A DNA stretch of 64,000 nucleotides, taken from NCBI GenBank assembly GCA_025603075.1, contig MU626367.1:1-64000 (forward strand). Direction: 5' to 3'. Each line of letters opens with the position of its first letter. Positions within the stretch are counted from its first letter, which is position 1. The notes beneath the pieces were generated by a model, which ran no database searches, was not told the DNA's origin, and saw only the letters and a program-made list of their open reading frames with translations. Both the position numbers and the translations under genes were made by a program. Shown here in pieces: positions 38,035 through 52,211 of the stretch. Source of the DNA: Neoconidiobolus thromboides FSU 785. Lineage: Eukaryota; Fungi; Entomophthoromycota.

Positions 38035-41000
38035 ATGAAAGAAGAGCTACTAACTAATAATAATGACATTGACGATTTAAGTGAAGATGAAGATGAAGAT
38101 AATTTACTAATAACTAATATAACATTAAAGCAATATTATAAAAGATTAAAAAAATTGATATTAAAAAGTCAAAGTAAAAAATTTAAAAAAGAGTTAATTC
38201 AAACTTTGAACACCCATGAACTTATCACTCGAGACAGTCAAGAGTTTACCTTATTTATTCAACTGATATTAGAAGTTATCTTTTGTTATTTGGATTTCAT
38301 CACCCTAGATGATCAAGATATTGATATATATAATGATATTTTAATGTTATTGATGAATCACGAACAATTTCATGTTGACTTAAACTGGAGAGGTAGTTGA
38401 ATTATTACAGTACAATCAACTGTTTTTAATATTTATTTTTAACTTAGATGAAAAAGGACAAACTATTCTGTTTAAAGCGACCTGTTTAGATTTAGTAGAC
38501 AATATCAAAGTACTTATTGAACTAGGTGCTGATCCTACAAAACTAGATAATGATGGTAGAACTCCTTTAGCAATAGCTGCTTCTTTAGGCCACGCTGCCT
38601 CTTGCCAATTATTTACGAGTCTGGAAAAATATCCCATCAACCAACCTGATCTTCAAGGAAATACTCCTTTATCTTTGGCAGTAATAGGAAACCATTTAGA
38701 TGCTGTAGTACAACTATTGTTAGATGCTAAAGTAAATGTAAATAAGGCGGATTTGGTAAGTGCTGTTTTGAATTTTATAGTTATGGCTATTTATAATTTT
38801 TTAGTATGGCTGGACTCCTTTGATGTTAGCTTCCCATTTGGGTTATTTGGATTTAATTGAGCCACTCTTGGCTGCTGGAGCAAATCGAGATTTGATAGCA
38901 CTAAACAAGAAAAACGCAATTGAGTTAGCTCTTGAGAATAAACACAATCCAATAGCCAAAAGACTTGTGAGTTTTTCCAAAATCAGTGACAAATATAAGC
39001 ATATACCTAAGCGAGATAAGGACATAACTATAAAAGAGAAAAAGAAGGAGATCAAAAAGGAAGCTAAAAAAGAGAGCTTCATGAAGTTTGAAGATTCTTT
39101 TATGAAAGATTTATCTCTATCCTCTTGTGAGCAATTAGAAATTCAATCTAGATTAAAAAGAAATTCAAGTTTAGGGAAATCTAGAAATGCTTCTCCAAAA
39201 GAAGAAACGATCGATGACAACTCAAGCTTTAGTGAAACTAGGAAATTGGTTAGGAACGGAACTTTAAGAAATAGAAAGATATATAATCAACTTGTTGAAA
39301 ACGAATTACAAATAGAACAAAGTGAAGTGCCATTGAGTAATTTATCAAACAATTTAGAAAATGAAGAAGGTCCAAAAGAAGGAATAAGGGCTTACTTCAA
39401 TTTAAGCCATTTAAATAAATGGGAATATTTCTCTAGATTGCTAACAATCTGTGTTATTCCGCCTTTCTTGAGTAAATTAGGTGGCATGAAAGACCCACAT
39501 ATACAACAAGCTTGGAGAGAGAAAGTAGCATTATGTTTTATTATTTTAATGATTTCGTTTGGTCTTGGATTTTTAACTTTTGGGTTTTCTTCAATTATTT
39601 GCCAAAAAATTATTCCCATATTTCCAGACCAAGTGGCACGTGATTTTGGTATACATGCAAATGGAACCAAATTGATGATTGTAAGAGGACAGCTTTATGA
39701 TGTGGGTTCTTATTTTCCAGTTGGAAATCATCGACCTATTTTACCATTTGTTGATGAAGATTTAAAAGATACTATTGAGCCTTACTATGGACATGATATC
39801 TCCCATATATTTCCACCAGATAAAAAGAGTTCGTCTTGTAAGTTTTGGCCCAAAAATTTCGATGAAAAATGTAAAGGCCTACAAGACGACCCTAAATTAC
39901 ACTGTCATACCTCTGCAGAATCATGGCGTGCGTTAAAAGAACTTTCAATCAAGAACTACGTCGCATTTTCTTGGGCGAATATTACAAACTCAATCAATAA
40001 TGATAAACTATTCGTATTTAATGAGAAAGTATATACTTTAAAAGATTACTTTCTAGTACCTGAAGAAGAGGAAGAAGATCCAGATCTTTATCTCGGTGAG
40101 GAGTTGACGGAAGTTTTAAAGTCCTTTATTGGTAGAGATGCTACAAAAGATATATTAAACAATAATAAACTAGCTGAGTTAATCCCTTGTTTTGAAGATC
40201 AATTGTTGGTGGGCAAGCTGGATGGTACTACTATTGGATGTTTTGCTTCTAATTTAGCTATGGTCATTGCTACCTCAATCTTATTAACAATCACCGTTAT
40301 CAAGTTCCTTGCTGCCATAAGCTTTGATTGGTTCCTTTCCTGGAAGTTAGGAAAAATATCCAATAAACCTCGTAACAAGAATACCCTTCCTCACCTCTTA
40401 TGTCTTGTAACTTGTTATTCAGAAGGTGAATCAAGTTTAAAAACAACCTTAGATTCTATTGCATTGTCCGATTATTATGATAAACACAAAATACTTTTTG
40501 TAATTGCAGATGGTGACATCACTGGTTCAGGTAATGAAAAATCTACACCAGATATCTTATTAGACATGCTCGAACCCTTAGATAAAGATGAAGAAATTAA
40601 ACCAAAAGCGTATATTTCTATTGGAGATGCTAAAAAACAAATGAATATGGCGAAAGTTCATATCGGAAATTATGTAGTACAAAATGACCGAAGAGTCCCT
40701 ATGGTGTTGATAAATAAATGTGGTTTGCCATATGAAAGAAATCAACCTAAGGCTGGAAATAGAGGGAAAAGGGACTCTCAATTGATATTAATGCGTTTCC
40801 TGTCAAACCTATGCTTTAACGAAAGGATGACCCCACTTGAATTTGACTTGTTTGAAAAGCTTTATCGTTTGACTAATATTACAGCTGATAAATATGAAAT
40901 GGTATTAATGGTAGATGCAGATACAATGGTACTACCAGATGCTATTTCTAAGATGGTATCAGCTATGGAGAGAGATCCAACTGTTATGGGGCTTTGCGGT

Positions 41001-42602
41001 GAAACTAAGATTGAAAATAAAAGACAAAGCTGGGTGACGATGATTCAAGTGTATGAGTATTATATATCTCATCACTTAGGAAAAGCATTTGAATCCATCT
41101 TTGGTGGTGTTACTTGTTTACCAGGTTGTTTTTGTATGTATCGTATCAAAGTAAGTAAACCAGATGGTTACTGTGTTCCCATATTAGCTAACCCTGATAT
41201 TGTTAAAAACTACTCTTCCAATGATGTATCAACTTTGCATAAGAAAAACCTTTTGTTATTGGGTGAAGATCGTTACCTAACCACACTAATGCTTAGAGCT
41301 TTCCCAAGGAGAAAAATGATTTATGTTCCTAAAGCTATTTGTAAAACAGTTGTACCTGATGAGTTTAAAGTACTATTATCACAAAGGAGAAGATGGATTA
41401 ATTCTACAGTACACAATTTGTTAGAGTTGGTATTAGTACCACAATTGTGCGGTATTTTTTGTTGTTCTATGCAGTTTGTTATTTTATTAGAGCTTTTGGG
41501 AACAGTTGTAATGCCAGCTTCATTACTATTTTTATCTTACTTGATAGTTAGTGCTTTCATGGGTCAAGATGTATGGCTACCCCTTTTCTTTATGGCCTGT
41601 CTTTATTTTATGCAAGCTATATTAATCGGAGTTACGACACGTAAAGTATCTTACATAGGATGGATGTTTATTTTTATTCTAGCTATGCCTATATGGAATT
41701 TTGTATTACCAGTCTATTCTTTCTGGCATTTTGATGATTTTTCATGGGGCGCAACTAGGAAAATTGATGGCCCAGATAACGGCCACGGTGATTCTAATGG
41801 GGAGAAGGAAGATGAAATAGAATGCATTGAACAAAAAAAGATTGGTGAATGGCAAAAATTATCAAATAAAAAGAAAGAAAAGAGAATGAGTTACCAAGCT
41901 AAGGCAGAACAAAATAAGCTTAGAAGCATACGTATTCAAGAACTAGAATTAGCTAAAAATTTTAAAGATGATAAGCTTAAACAATATCATCAAACTTTAA
42001 ATAAGATTAAATTAGTTCAACTCAAAGAAAATAAAATTGAAATTGCACCTAATCATGAAACTATAGAAACAACAAAAGCGCTTGCTAGTCCTACTTCGCC
42101 AAGCGCTGAGATAACGACTGAGAAGTTGTTCTTTGAGAAACAAATCCATGAAAGACCCAAATCCGTTGCAATGGAACAATTGAACACAACACTAAAAAAC
42201 GTTCCAAAGAAACCAAATAGAAGACTGTCAGTGGATAGAACTGAAGATAATGGGTTTTTATTCTTAAATCAAAACAATATCACAGTTGGAATCCAACCAC
42301 CGTTTAATAATAAACCTACAATAGATACTTTTGATGGCCAAGAAGAGGTTCAAGGAACAATATTAAAGGATAATCGTTCCCCTGAGCAGCCTCCTTTAGA
42401 GCTAGGGTTATCAAGGTTAAATCTTAAGATTGAATCAAATATTTATGATCGCCCAAAAACATTACCTAGGGGACCTAGACTAGATAATAAATTCAAAGAA
42501 ATTCAACATGAAGATGAAGGGTTTGATAATAGTAGCATCTCGAAACCTCTTCAAGTGCATACAGTTAAAGGAAAGCGAGTATCTCGGGACATGGATTTTT
42601 AA
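38035..42602 (+). CDS. Chitin synthase (division 2, class IV/Chs3-like) with N-terminal ankyrin repeats
   Basis: Introns 38393-38447 and 38756-38804 join three exons in frame. Ankyrin repeats: GQTILF, GRTPLAIAA, GNTPLSLAV, GWTPLMLAS. Also cytochrome-b5-like segments, LMVDADT, TCLPGCF, EDRYLT and QRRRW. Confidence 0.9.
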
Positions 42603-42708
42603 ATTGATAGTAAATAAATATTTTTTTATATTAAATGTATTATTTTTATAACGAATAATTGATAAATAATTTTAAAAAATAAAGACAAAAATAAAATTAT
42701 TAACGTTT

Positions 42709-43314
42709 TCATTGCTGTAAAAATGGATTGCTAATTTCAATAGCTTCCTCTTCAGGATGAATCAATACTACAGTAGGGCCACGACATACTAGTAAACCTA
42801 ACTCTCTAGTTTTATCTGAACCTTTGGCTTTATGAAAATATAAGTTTTAAATTGTATATAATTGAAATAATCTTACTATTGCTTTCATTTGAATCCGCTA
42901 TTAACAAGTTAAAGATTAATATTTTATATTAAGATTTAAAATGATTTTGCTTTACCTCTTATAATTTCTATAGTATGGTCTAAAACCAAGTTTAAAAGGG
43001 GGTCGAACCCTTTTAAAATACCAGAAACTAAAAATTAGGTCATTGAATTTGAAAAGTGAAGGAAAAAGTAATTTACCTTCTCTGCCACCTGAAAATTTAA
43101 CATGTACTTTTTTTTCTAAAAATTTAGAAAGATCCAATATCGACTCTTTCTTCTTCTTAGGTTTATCTAAATTATCCTTATTTCTATCGCCGTTATTGTT
43201 TGAATTTCCTCCTCTTCCTCGAGTGCTATTTCCTCCTCTTCCTGTACCACGTCCCTATACATTTAATCAGTTTTATTCTTTATTATTTTATTTCATCATT
43301 ACTCTTCCTGACAT
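42709..43314 (-). CDS. LSM7: U6 snRNA-associated Sm-like protein Lsm7 (multi-exon)
   Basis: Spliced reading KKESILDLSKFLEKKVHVKFSGGRE|VSGILKGFDPLLNLVLD...TRELGLLVCRGPTVVLIHP...ISNPF; RGG-rich N-terminus. Confidence 0.92.
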
Positions 43315-43892
43315 TTTAAAATTGCTAAAAATGATTTTTTAAAATTTTAAAATTTTTAGTTTTTAAAAAATTCAAGTTGGTGTGATTGGTGCAGCTTAAA
43401 TTTGCAAATTTGTAGGGAACATAATAATGTCTAATTTATTTACGTTTAGGATATTATATCCTTTTATTATAGTACTGCTTGCCCTTTTATTTCGATATTG
43501 ACAGGGGGTAGCGTGGTATTTGGTGATAACGGTTTTAACTTTGTGTCTCTTCATTGCGGCTCACTAAATATCAAAATATATATTAATTGTTATAGTAAAC
43601 TATATATATTTAAAATTGACAATGAATAGAAAGTCTTTTGTCCTTGTTTAGAGCTAGTGCTTTTACTATACTTATTGCTTGCTATTATGTTATATGTTTA
43701 TACTTGATATTTAAAAAAGTTATGCTTGGACACATTGACTGATATAAGACTTTTATGTTATTGCTATTTAGCCATATAAAGTGACTAGATAAGGTGGCCT
43801 TCAATTTACCTTTAAGGAAAAATTATACTTTGTACAATAAATGGATTTTTAATCTTATTCTGACTTTTTTCAAATAATACTATTTACTATTT

Positions 43893-43988
43893 GGGGCTGT
43901 TTTTTTTGGCTTCATTATTTTTCCATTTTTAAGCGCTACTTAAGTAGAAAGATTATAGTAAAATTCTTAAATAAAAAAACACACCCCT
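43893..43988 (-). mobile_element. MITE copy 14
   Basis: GGGGCTGTTTTTTTTGG...ACACCCCT; TSD ATTT/ATTT. Confidence 0.92.
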
Positions 43989-44610
43989 ATTTACTGTTTA
44001 CATATTATGCTAACATCCAATTTTATTTACATTTATGTAAAATCAAATGATTCCAACTAGTTGGAAACTTATACCATTTCTTTATGAGCTATGACATCCA
44101 ATATTAACTTAATAACTATACAGGGTTTTACTGATCGCTATTAGAATTGAATACATTAATTTAGTTATTTTAAAAATATACAATAGTTTTATTTATTAGT
44201 TGAAAGGGGCTAATACTTCAAATACATAACATTTAAAAATATATAACAAAAAATGGTGTATAAAATAACAAAACTAAATTTGTTTTTTCAATTAAGAGAC
44301 ACTTCACAATATAGACATTAGCATTTCCAGAGTATAGAAAGATGAGATCAATAAACAAAACAAACAAATACTTAAATGAAAACTTACTAAAAAAGATAAA
44401 AAATAGAACCAATAGTTTCAAAACGGAATTTAAAATTACATCTTAAAATAAAGTTTAATAACATATATAAAAAATTATATTAAAGAATTTTAAATTCTAC
44501 TAACAATAAACTAAATCTTATTAATACCCATTATTGCTACTTTATAGCATTTTGTTTTAAATATATTGGATCCATTAATTACTATATTGCTATTTTTCAT
44601 ATAGTTTAAC

Positions 44611-44660
44611 ACTACTTTTTAACACTACTTTTTAATACTACTTTTTAATACTACTTTTTA
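44611..44660. repeat. 13-bp tandem repeat (ACTACTTTTTAAY) x~4
   Basis: Directly visible. Confidence 0.8.
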
Positions 44661-47606
44661 CTATAGCTTAACAGTAATAGTCTTCAATTTTTTATAGTGT
44701 TTCAACTCTAATATTATTTTTTGCTATTTCTAGCGGTATAAAATTAAATCTTACATTTTATTTAATTTCTTCTAAAAAAATCAAAGTGTATCATTATTTG
44801 ATAATATTTATTAGTATTATTGTTACCATACTAACTTATAAAGCTTAATATCAAAGTATTCTTTAAATTTGCGGAAAGAAAGGATTCAAAAACCATTAAT
44901 TATCGTCTTAAATGGGGTGGTAAGCTAGAGAAGATGGATAAAAGTAATAATAGTATAAAACAAAGTTAGATAAAAAATAAAGTTTAAAACTCCATTATGT
45001 TCATTTAACTTGATTTTAAAATCCAGCAAATTAATTTTATCACTTTATTATGTTTATTACGTCTATTATTGTATTTATATTTGTTATGTTAAATAATAAA
45101 TAATCGATTTTAACTATTTTAAACAAAGTAAAAAGGTTGAAACACTATTTAAAAATTAGTTGATTTAATTGGTGGATTTCTACAAATCATCCTTTTAAGG
45201 GGATAGATTGTTGTGTGAGTAAAATAAAAATTGACCAAGTAAAGTAATTAAAATAAAAATTGACAATCATTTTATAAATAAGAAGATCGAAAAAAAGAAA
45301 ATAAAGGGGAAATGTTTAGTATATAAACGAAAAGGAATCCTTGTTTATTTTAAAATTATTTGAATTGTTATTTTATATAGACAGGTTTAAAACATTTTTT
45401 TAATCCAATCATCTTTAAACTACCCCACTTAGATTATTAATATAATTATTTATACGCCTTACTTATCCTTACAACTTTTATTTACAAACATTCATTTTTA
45501 AAAAACAAAATAATGGAATATAAATTAATTGGAAAAACGCCTTATAGTTATCATAACTCACAACGATTAACACAATGTATAATAAGTATTACGACTGTAT
45601 TAACCATGACTCCGTATTTAAAACAAAATAGCTTTTGTATAGCTTTATTAGCGATAAGTTTAACTTCTTTTTTATGCTCTAGTGTCTTTTTAGAAATAGA
45701 AACTTGGTGTAAAAAATATCGCAGTCACTTATTACTTGTTTTAATGATCCCAATGGTTGAGCCTCTCATCTCTTTGTTTATTTCTTTTATGTGGCTGCTT
45801 TTAGCCGTCGTAGCTCCTATTCATGCAAACCATAAACTCTTGTCACTATCTTCACAATGTGGCTTGTTACTCTTAAATTCTTGTGCTTGGTCTCTGCCAG
45901 TTATCATCAACCTTACCGTTATATTCTGGCCTAACTTAAGTATTTTTTGTAAAAAATAAAAAATTCGTCGAATTTATTTTATTGTAAATATACAAATATA
46001 TAAATAAGGGTCAAAAACAAGTTTAAAAATAGTCGCATCCCTTTCATTAGTTTTATTTTAAATATATTATAACCAATTACTAAATTTAAATTGCTGAAAA
46101 TAAAGGGAAGTTTTTCTAGTACCTAAATCGTTTAGTAGGAAAGTCTACTATTTTTAAAAACTGAAAAGAGATTAATTTATTAACTTGCTCTTTAGTTTTA
46201 CACCAAATTACATTAGATTTTACAACTAATATGCAAAAGCTTAAGCAAACCAATCATTTTTAGAGTAGTAAATAACTTTTTGCTGTTCTCAACAAAATAG
46301 TTGTTTAATTTGAGCTAAATTAAAATTAAAAGTAAAATTAAAATGAATTTAATAATAATTCTGCTTACAAAAAACACCTTATTAAATTTAAAAGACTCAA
46401 ATATTTATTAAGGTGTTGTTTTTGAATTTTAGACATACCAGTATAACACTATGATAAGATAATAAATGACAAAAACAAATCATTAATAGATAAGATAAAA
46501 TATTAGTGGAAAAGAACACCTATAAGGATTATTAGTAGAATCTTTATAAACTCATAGCATGTGATTTTAGATCTAATAATAGTTTACTATTTCTGTACAA
46601 AACTTGTAGGTTAATTCGTAATGAAATTAATAATTATATTACAAGGATATATTAAATATCCTTGACAATTCGGATGTTTTTTAATATACTATATGACCTT
46701 CACAGCAGTTAATAGTATTTATAAAGCTACTTTTGACGATTTTTTGATTTAAAGACTAGAAAGTAACAAGAATGCTAAAATTAAGACTGTTTGCAGCTTA
46801 AAATAGCAAAGCTGCTCTCTTTCTTAATAAGTGTTATTACGTTCGAATTACTTAAGTCATTAAAGTAAAAACTTGTTTTTATTGCAGTAGATATCAGTTT
46901 TATTTTGATATTTTGATCGAATGATTTAACAATGCAAAATATAGATTTGTTTTTAGCCTTTGGCAATGGACAAATTTAAAGAATAACACTATAATTGACC
47001 GTAATTCTGTAAAATAACTCCACAAATTGTAATCTCTTTTTTAAATTCTTTTGGTCAAAACCATAAATTTTTAATTTTAATTTTATTAATTTATTTATGC
47101 TACTTTATAGACTCTTATTTTTTTGATTCTCCTCTTTTATTTTTGTATTTCCCCTAATTAGTTCATGTTAATTGAAAAATCCTTCGTTAATTTATTGCTC
47201 ATAACCATAGTCAAAAGGGAGGAATTAATTGGCTGATTTTGAGTTTGTTTGAAGCCGTTGTTACTTTTATTGGTTAGTAGAAAAAGAACTTTGCTTTAAT
47301 GATTTCACTACTAGAGCCAATCAATAGTCTAAGATTTGGGTTAATTGGGGATTTTAAGTTTGTCTCCGCCTTTAAATAGCTTTGAGTTTACCAATTAAAT
47401 CACTTATAGAGGTTAAGGCACTTCGAAAGAATTTATGGCTTGGTAATTAACAGATATTTTTATTTTTATTTTGTGATTTAATATAGTTCTAGTTTTCAAC
47501 TTACTATTAATCTTTCCGCTTTTTCATTTCTTATCTAGTAATTTAAATTTTTCTATTCAGCTAAAAATTCAACTAAATATATAGTATATAGAATTAATAC
47601 ATATTA

Positions 47607-48395
<789 letters not shown>

Positions 48396-48639
48396 AAGTG
48401 AATAGTTTTGAAGAGGATACTAAAGTATTATAAGTAAGAGAAGGCCAACATACAAACTCTACTTCCATTTAAGCTACTATTTTAACGATCAATTACACTA
48501 GTTGTTTTCTTATTACAATTTTAATTTTTACCCTTACTTAACCTATAAAACCACCACTCAATTAATTTTACACATCTTTTATCCCCTTTTATTTGCTTTA
48601 ACTTTACATATTTCTTATTTTATAAAATACTAAACAGAC

Positions 48640-48642
48640 TTG

Positions 48643-48672
<30 letters not shown>
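48640..48672. repeat. (GATAAT)n microsatellite x~5
   Basis: Directly visible. Confidence 0.8.
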
Positions 48673-48674
<2 letters not shown>

Positions 48675-49283
48675 TGAGTAATTAAAGGACTATATTAAAC
48701 CCTCCAATTACTAAAAAATAAAGTGATAGTATCGTTTCATATAGAGTACTAGAATATTCATAAATAGCATCAATTAATTATAATTCATAACAATTTGTAC
48801 TTTAATCTTTAAAGTAAAATATATGCTCAACTTTGAAAAGTGGCACCTGATCTGAATTTGAATTTAAAGTTTAAAATTAACCAAGTTATTACTTTACTAT
48901 GTAAAGGCTGAATATCCCATTAATTAAAAGTAAAGAGGAAGGAAATTTTCAAAGTGATTCATTTTACCAAAGTGGTTTTGAAACAAGCCACAAGAGATTG
49001 TAAAGTTATGGAATTGAACTCAGTCTTCTTAATTTATAAATTTATAAATAATTCTGGAATTGATTATGATAAAAAACAAATAATAAAGAAACCCTTTAAG
49101 TATATAAATTTATATAGCCGAGTGTTAAAACATGTTTTTTTACTATTTTAAATAAATTATATTGTAAATATCTTTTGAATTTAGATTTTAATATTCAATT
49201 ATAGTAATTTTTCACCATACTTATTTTTTAGAATAAATTTAAAATTTCATAAGCTTTATTAGCATTTTTAAAAACAAACATAT

Positions 49284-49379
49284 GGGGATGTATTTTTGTT
49301 CAAGAATTTTACTAACAATTTTTCCGTTCAAATAGGGCTTAAAAAATGAAAAAAGTAATGAAACCAAAAAAACATCCCC
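49284..49379 (+). mobile_element. MITE copy 15
   Basis: Near-consensus, both TIRs intact; TSD ATAT/ATAT. Confidence 0.96.
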
Positions 49380-50030
49380 ATATTTTAAATTTACAAATTT
49401 TGTATAATTTAAACAATCAAATTTATATTGCGATTGATATAATTGAATTATATACTTATTTAAAAATAATTCAAAAGAAACAATACCTCAAATGTTCTAT
49501 AATAATAAAATTATAAAAAAAATAAGGTAGTATAGTTTAAAAAAAATTATAAAAAAGTATACAAAAAACCATTAAAAATATTTTTTGATTCAAAAATAAC
49601 TGTTTAGTTATAATCAAGCTATGTTAAATCATTCAAATTTAAAATTTAAGTTTTAAATTGTTTAATCAGGACTAATAATACTATATCAGTATTTAATATA
49701 AACCCAGTTTTTTTCAGCTTTTCTAGCTTAAAAAATTAAGGTTGTTAATTTTTTAATATTTTTTGTGTTATTACTTATTAAATTATCATTATTATTATTT
49801 AATAAATTAATATTATTTTATAATATACTTTTATTATTTTATTAATGAATATATTTATTTTTATTATACTTGTTTTTATTGTTTTATACGATTTAATAAA
49901 CATTTTATACTTATGAACTATAATTTGTTTTAATTATATAAATTAAAAATTATTAATTATCAACTTTATTTAACATTACAATATTGTGGATAGCAGTTAT
50001 TTCTACTTAAAATGTAACATTTCATTATAT

Positions 50031-50127
50031 GGGAGTGTTTTTTTTGAGTTCATTATTTTTCTATTTTTAAGTGCTATTTAAGTGGAAAATTTGTTAGTAA
50101 AATTCTTAAATACAAAAATGCATCCCT
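50031..50127 (-). mobile_element. MITE copy 16 (terminus hit by the LTR B insertion)
   Basis: GGGAGTG...CATCCCT; the TSD ATAT/ATAT is restored when LTR B and one CTAT are removed. Confidence 0.92.
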
Positions 50128-50129
50128 AT

Positions 50130-50596
50130 TGTGAAATATCGCTTTGTCAGCCCCATGGTTAATTATAGTATAACAATCGCCTAAGCTGTCGTGTTCTCGA
50201 TTATAGAGACAATTAGTCTCATGCTCTTATTCTGATTTGTTAAGAGAATTTCTATCTTCTTCGTCTCAAAGAATATTCTCCCGTCGTTTTGATATTTATA
50301 CTTATTGGAGTATAAAAGAGATTCTAAAACATAATAGCTTGAGGCTTTTTAACTGAATTATTCCTTGATACCTTGAACATTTAATAAAGCCACTAAGTTT
50401 GCTTAACAGTATTTTACGTAGATTTTACATTAGTATTGTCTATTCTATTTGTCTTATATAGCTTGTAACCTATTACGTGCTATTCCTCATAATCCAAGTC
50501 TATCTTAGTCACATAAACTAAGACCTTTCGACTTATAGTGTACTCAACCCAGCAATAGCTGTCCTTGACTCCAAACACTGAGTACCAGATTTCACA
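50130..50596 (+). mobile_element. Solo LTR copy B (467 bp)
   Basis: TGTGAAAT...ATTTCACA termini; 4-bp TSD CTAT/CTAT; internal TATAAAA and AATAAA. Confidence 0.88.
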
Positions 50597-51081
50597 CTAT
50601 ATAGTAAAATTTTAAACTTTGTTTATATGTATAACTTTTTGTTATAATTTTTTTTCTACCTTTTAGCTTTTTACAATTAATATAAAATAAGTAGGCTTTG
50701 AGCATTAAATTTAATAACCCTTACTAATTTAATTTTATATTTAATTGCAGTATAATATAACAATATAACAATATAACTTAGTTTACTAAATAGTTTTTTA
50801 TATTTAATATTAACAAACTTTTTATATTTTTTAAGTATTATGTTTTTTGATAAAAAAATAATCTTAATCTGATTCAATCTTTATTTTTTCATGTTTTTAT
50901 TTAAAATAACTTTATTGTTAAATTTTAAAATATATACATGTGTTTAACTTTTTTTAACCCTTAAGCATTGTTTGGGTAAAAAGAATTTCAACAAGATTCT
51001 TAAAGACAAAAAGATATGTTTATACATTAATAATGCTCCTATTTTATTTTTATTAGCTTTTCTAGTTTACTAGCATAATAT

Positions 51082-51166
51082 AGGGATGTTTTTTTATTAC
51101 TTTTTCATTAGCGTTATTTGAGTGGAAAGATTGTTAGTAAAATTCTTAAATAAAAAATACATCCAC
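51082..51166 (-). mobile_element. MITE copy 17 (internal deletion)
   Basis: AGGGATGT...TACATCCAC; TSD ATAT/ATAT. Confidence 0.88.
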
Positions 51167-52211
51167 ATATTTTGATATTTATTTTGTTTTTTTAAAAAGC
51201 TGAAGTTACATATAATTTACATATAAATTAATATTAAATATTTACAAACTAATTTAGTTATGAACCTTGTATTTTTATGTATAGTATTAATATTTTTATA
51301 ATATATTTGAAATAATTCTAAGTTTTTTGATCAAAAAATAGTAGTTATTGATTGGAGCAGATATTAATCTTAGATCAGTATAAAAATTATTTTCATGTAA
51401 AAATATTTTGATGTTGCAATCTTATACCCCTACAACTAATTTTTCATAAAGTACCATATCGCAAGTTATTGAAAAATTAATAGTATATATAATCAAACAT
51501 ACTCTATTAATAAATAAATACCTTATAATTTCACATAACCAAATTTTATACTAAGTTAATAACAAAAAAGCTATTAACCTAAGAATAAATGATAGTATTC
51601 AAAAATAACTCACTTTAAACCAGCTTAAATTGAATCTTACAGTTAATTTTTATTGTTGAAAAAGTAAGCTTAAACTGCATAAAAGAGAGGAGGAGAATGG
51701 GAATTGGCTTTAATAACCGCTTTTTAAAAAATGTCATAAATTTTTATCCTGGAAAATTAATTTCCCTTAGTTATGATGTCATTTCTTAAAAATTAGCCAA
51801 ATAAAAATTGGGTGGGGAAAGCTGATGAAAAAATATTTTTCAAAAATGTCAAAAAATAGATTGCTATTTACCAAATTTAGGAGGTGCAAAGTAATTTGTA
51901 ATTTTTCAAACAATTTGAAACTTAATAACAAATTATATTGATTTAATTAATCCTTTAATTTGTCAATAAGTGATCAATTTTTAACAATCCCATTGATTTG
52001 AAAAAATATGATCCAAACAGAGAATTTATTAATTTTAATAGAGATAAGCTTTTGTAATTTCATTGGCTCTTAAAAATCACATTCTTTTGATATCTATTTA
52101 AGGGAGAATCCAAAAAAAGAGTATATAAATCAAAATAAACATAAAACTAAAAGAATTTAATTTAAAATAAAACAAAAATAAAAATAATTTCAAAAAAATA
52201 ACGACAGCAAT

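Noticed and set aside
43480-43565. GC-richer patch with CCCTTTTA as U5 snRNA loop I
   Set aside because: Does not match the invariant GCCUUUUAC, and no convincing stem or Sm site.
45513-45959. 148-aa hydrophobic ORF
   Set aside because: No recognisable motif on either strand; the slightly elevated GC may mark a relic, but I cannot support a call.
46781-46966. IKLISTA resemblance to ribosomal protein bL33
   Set aside because: No ATG start, and the rest of the frame does not match.
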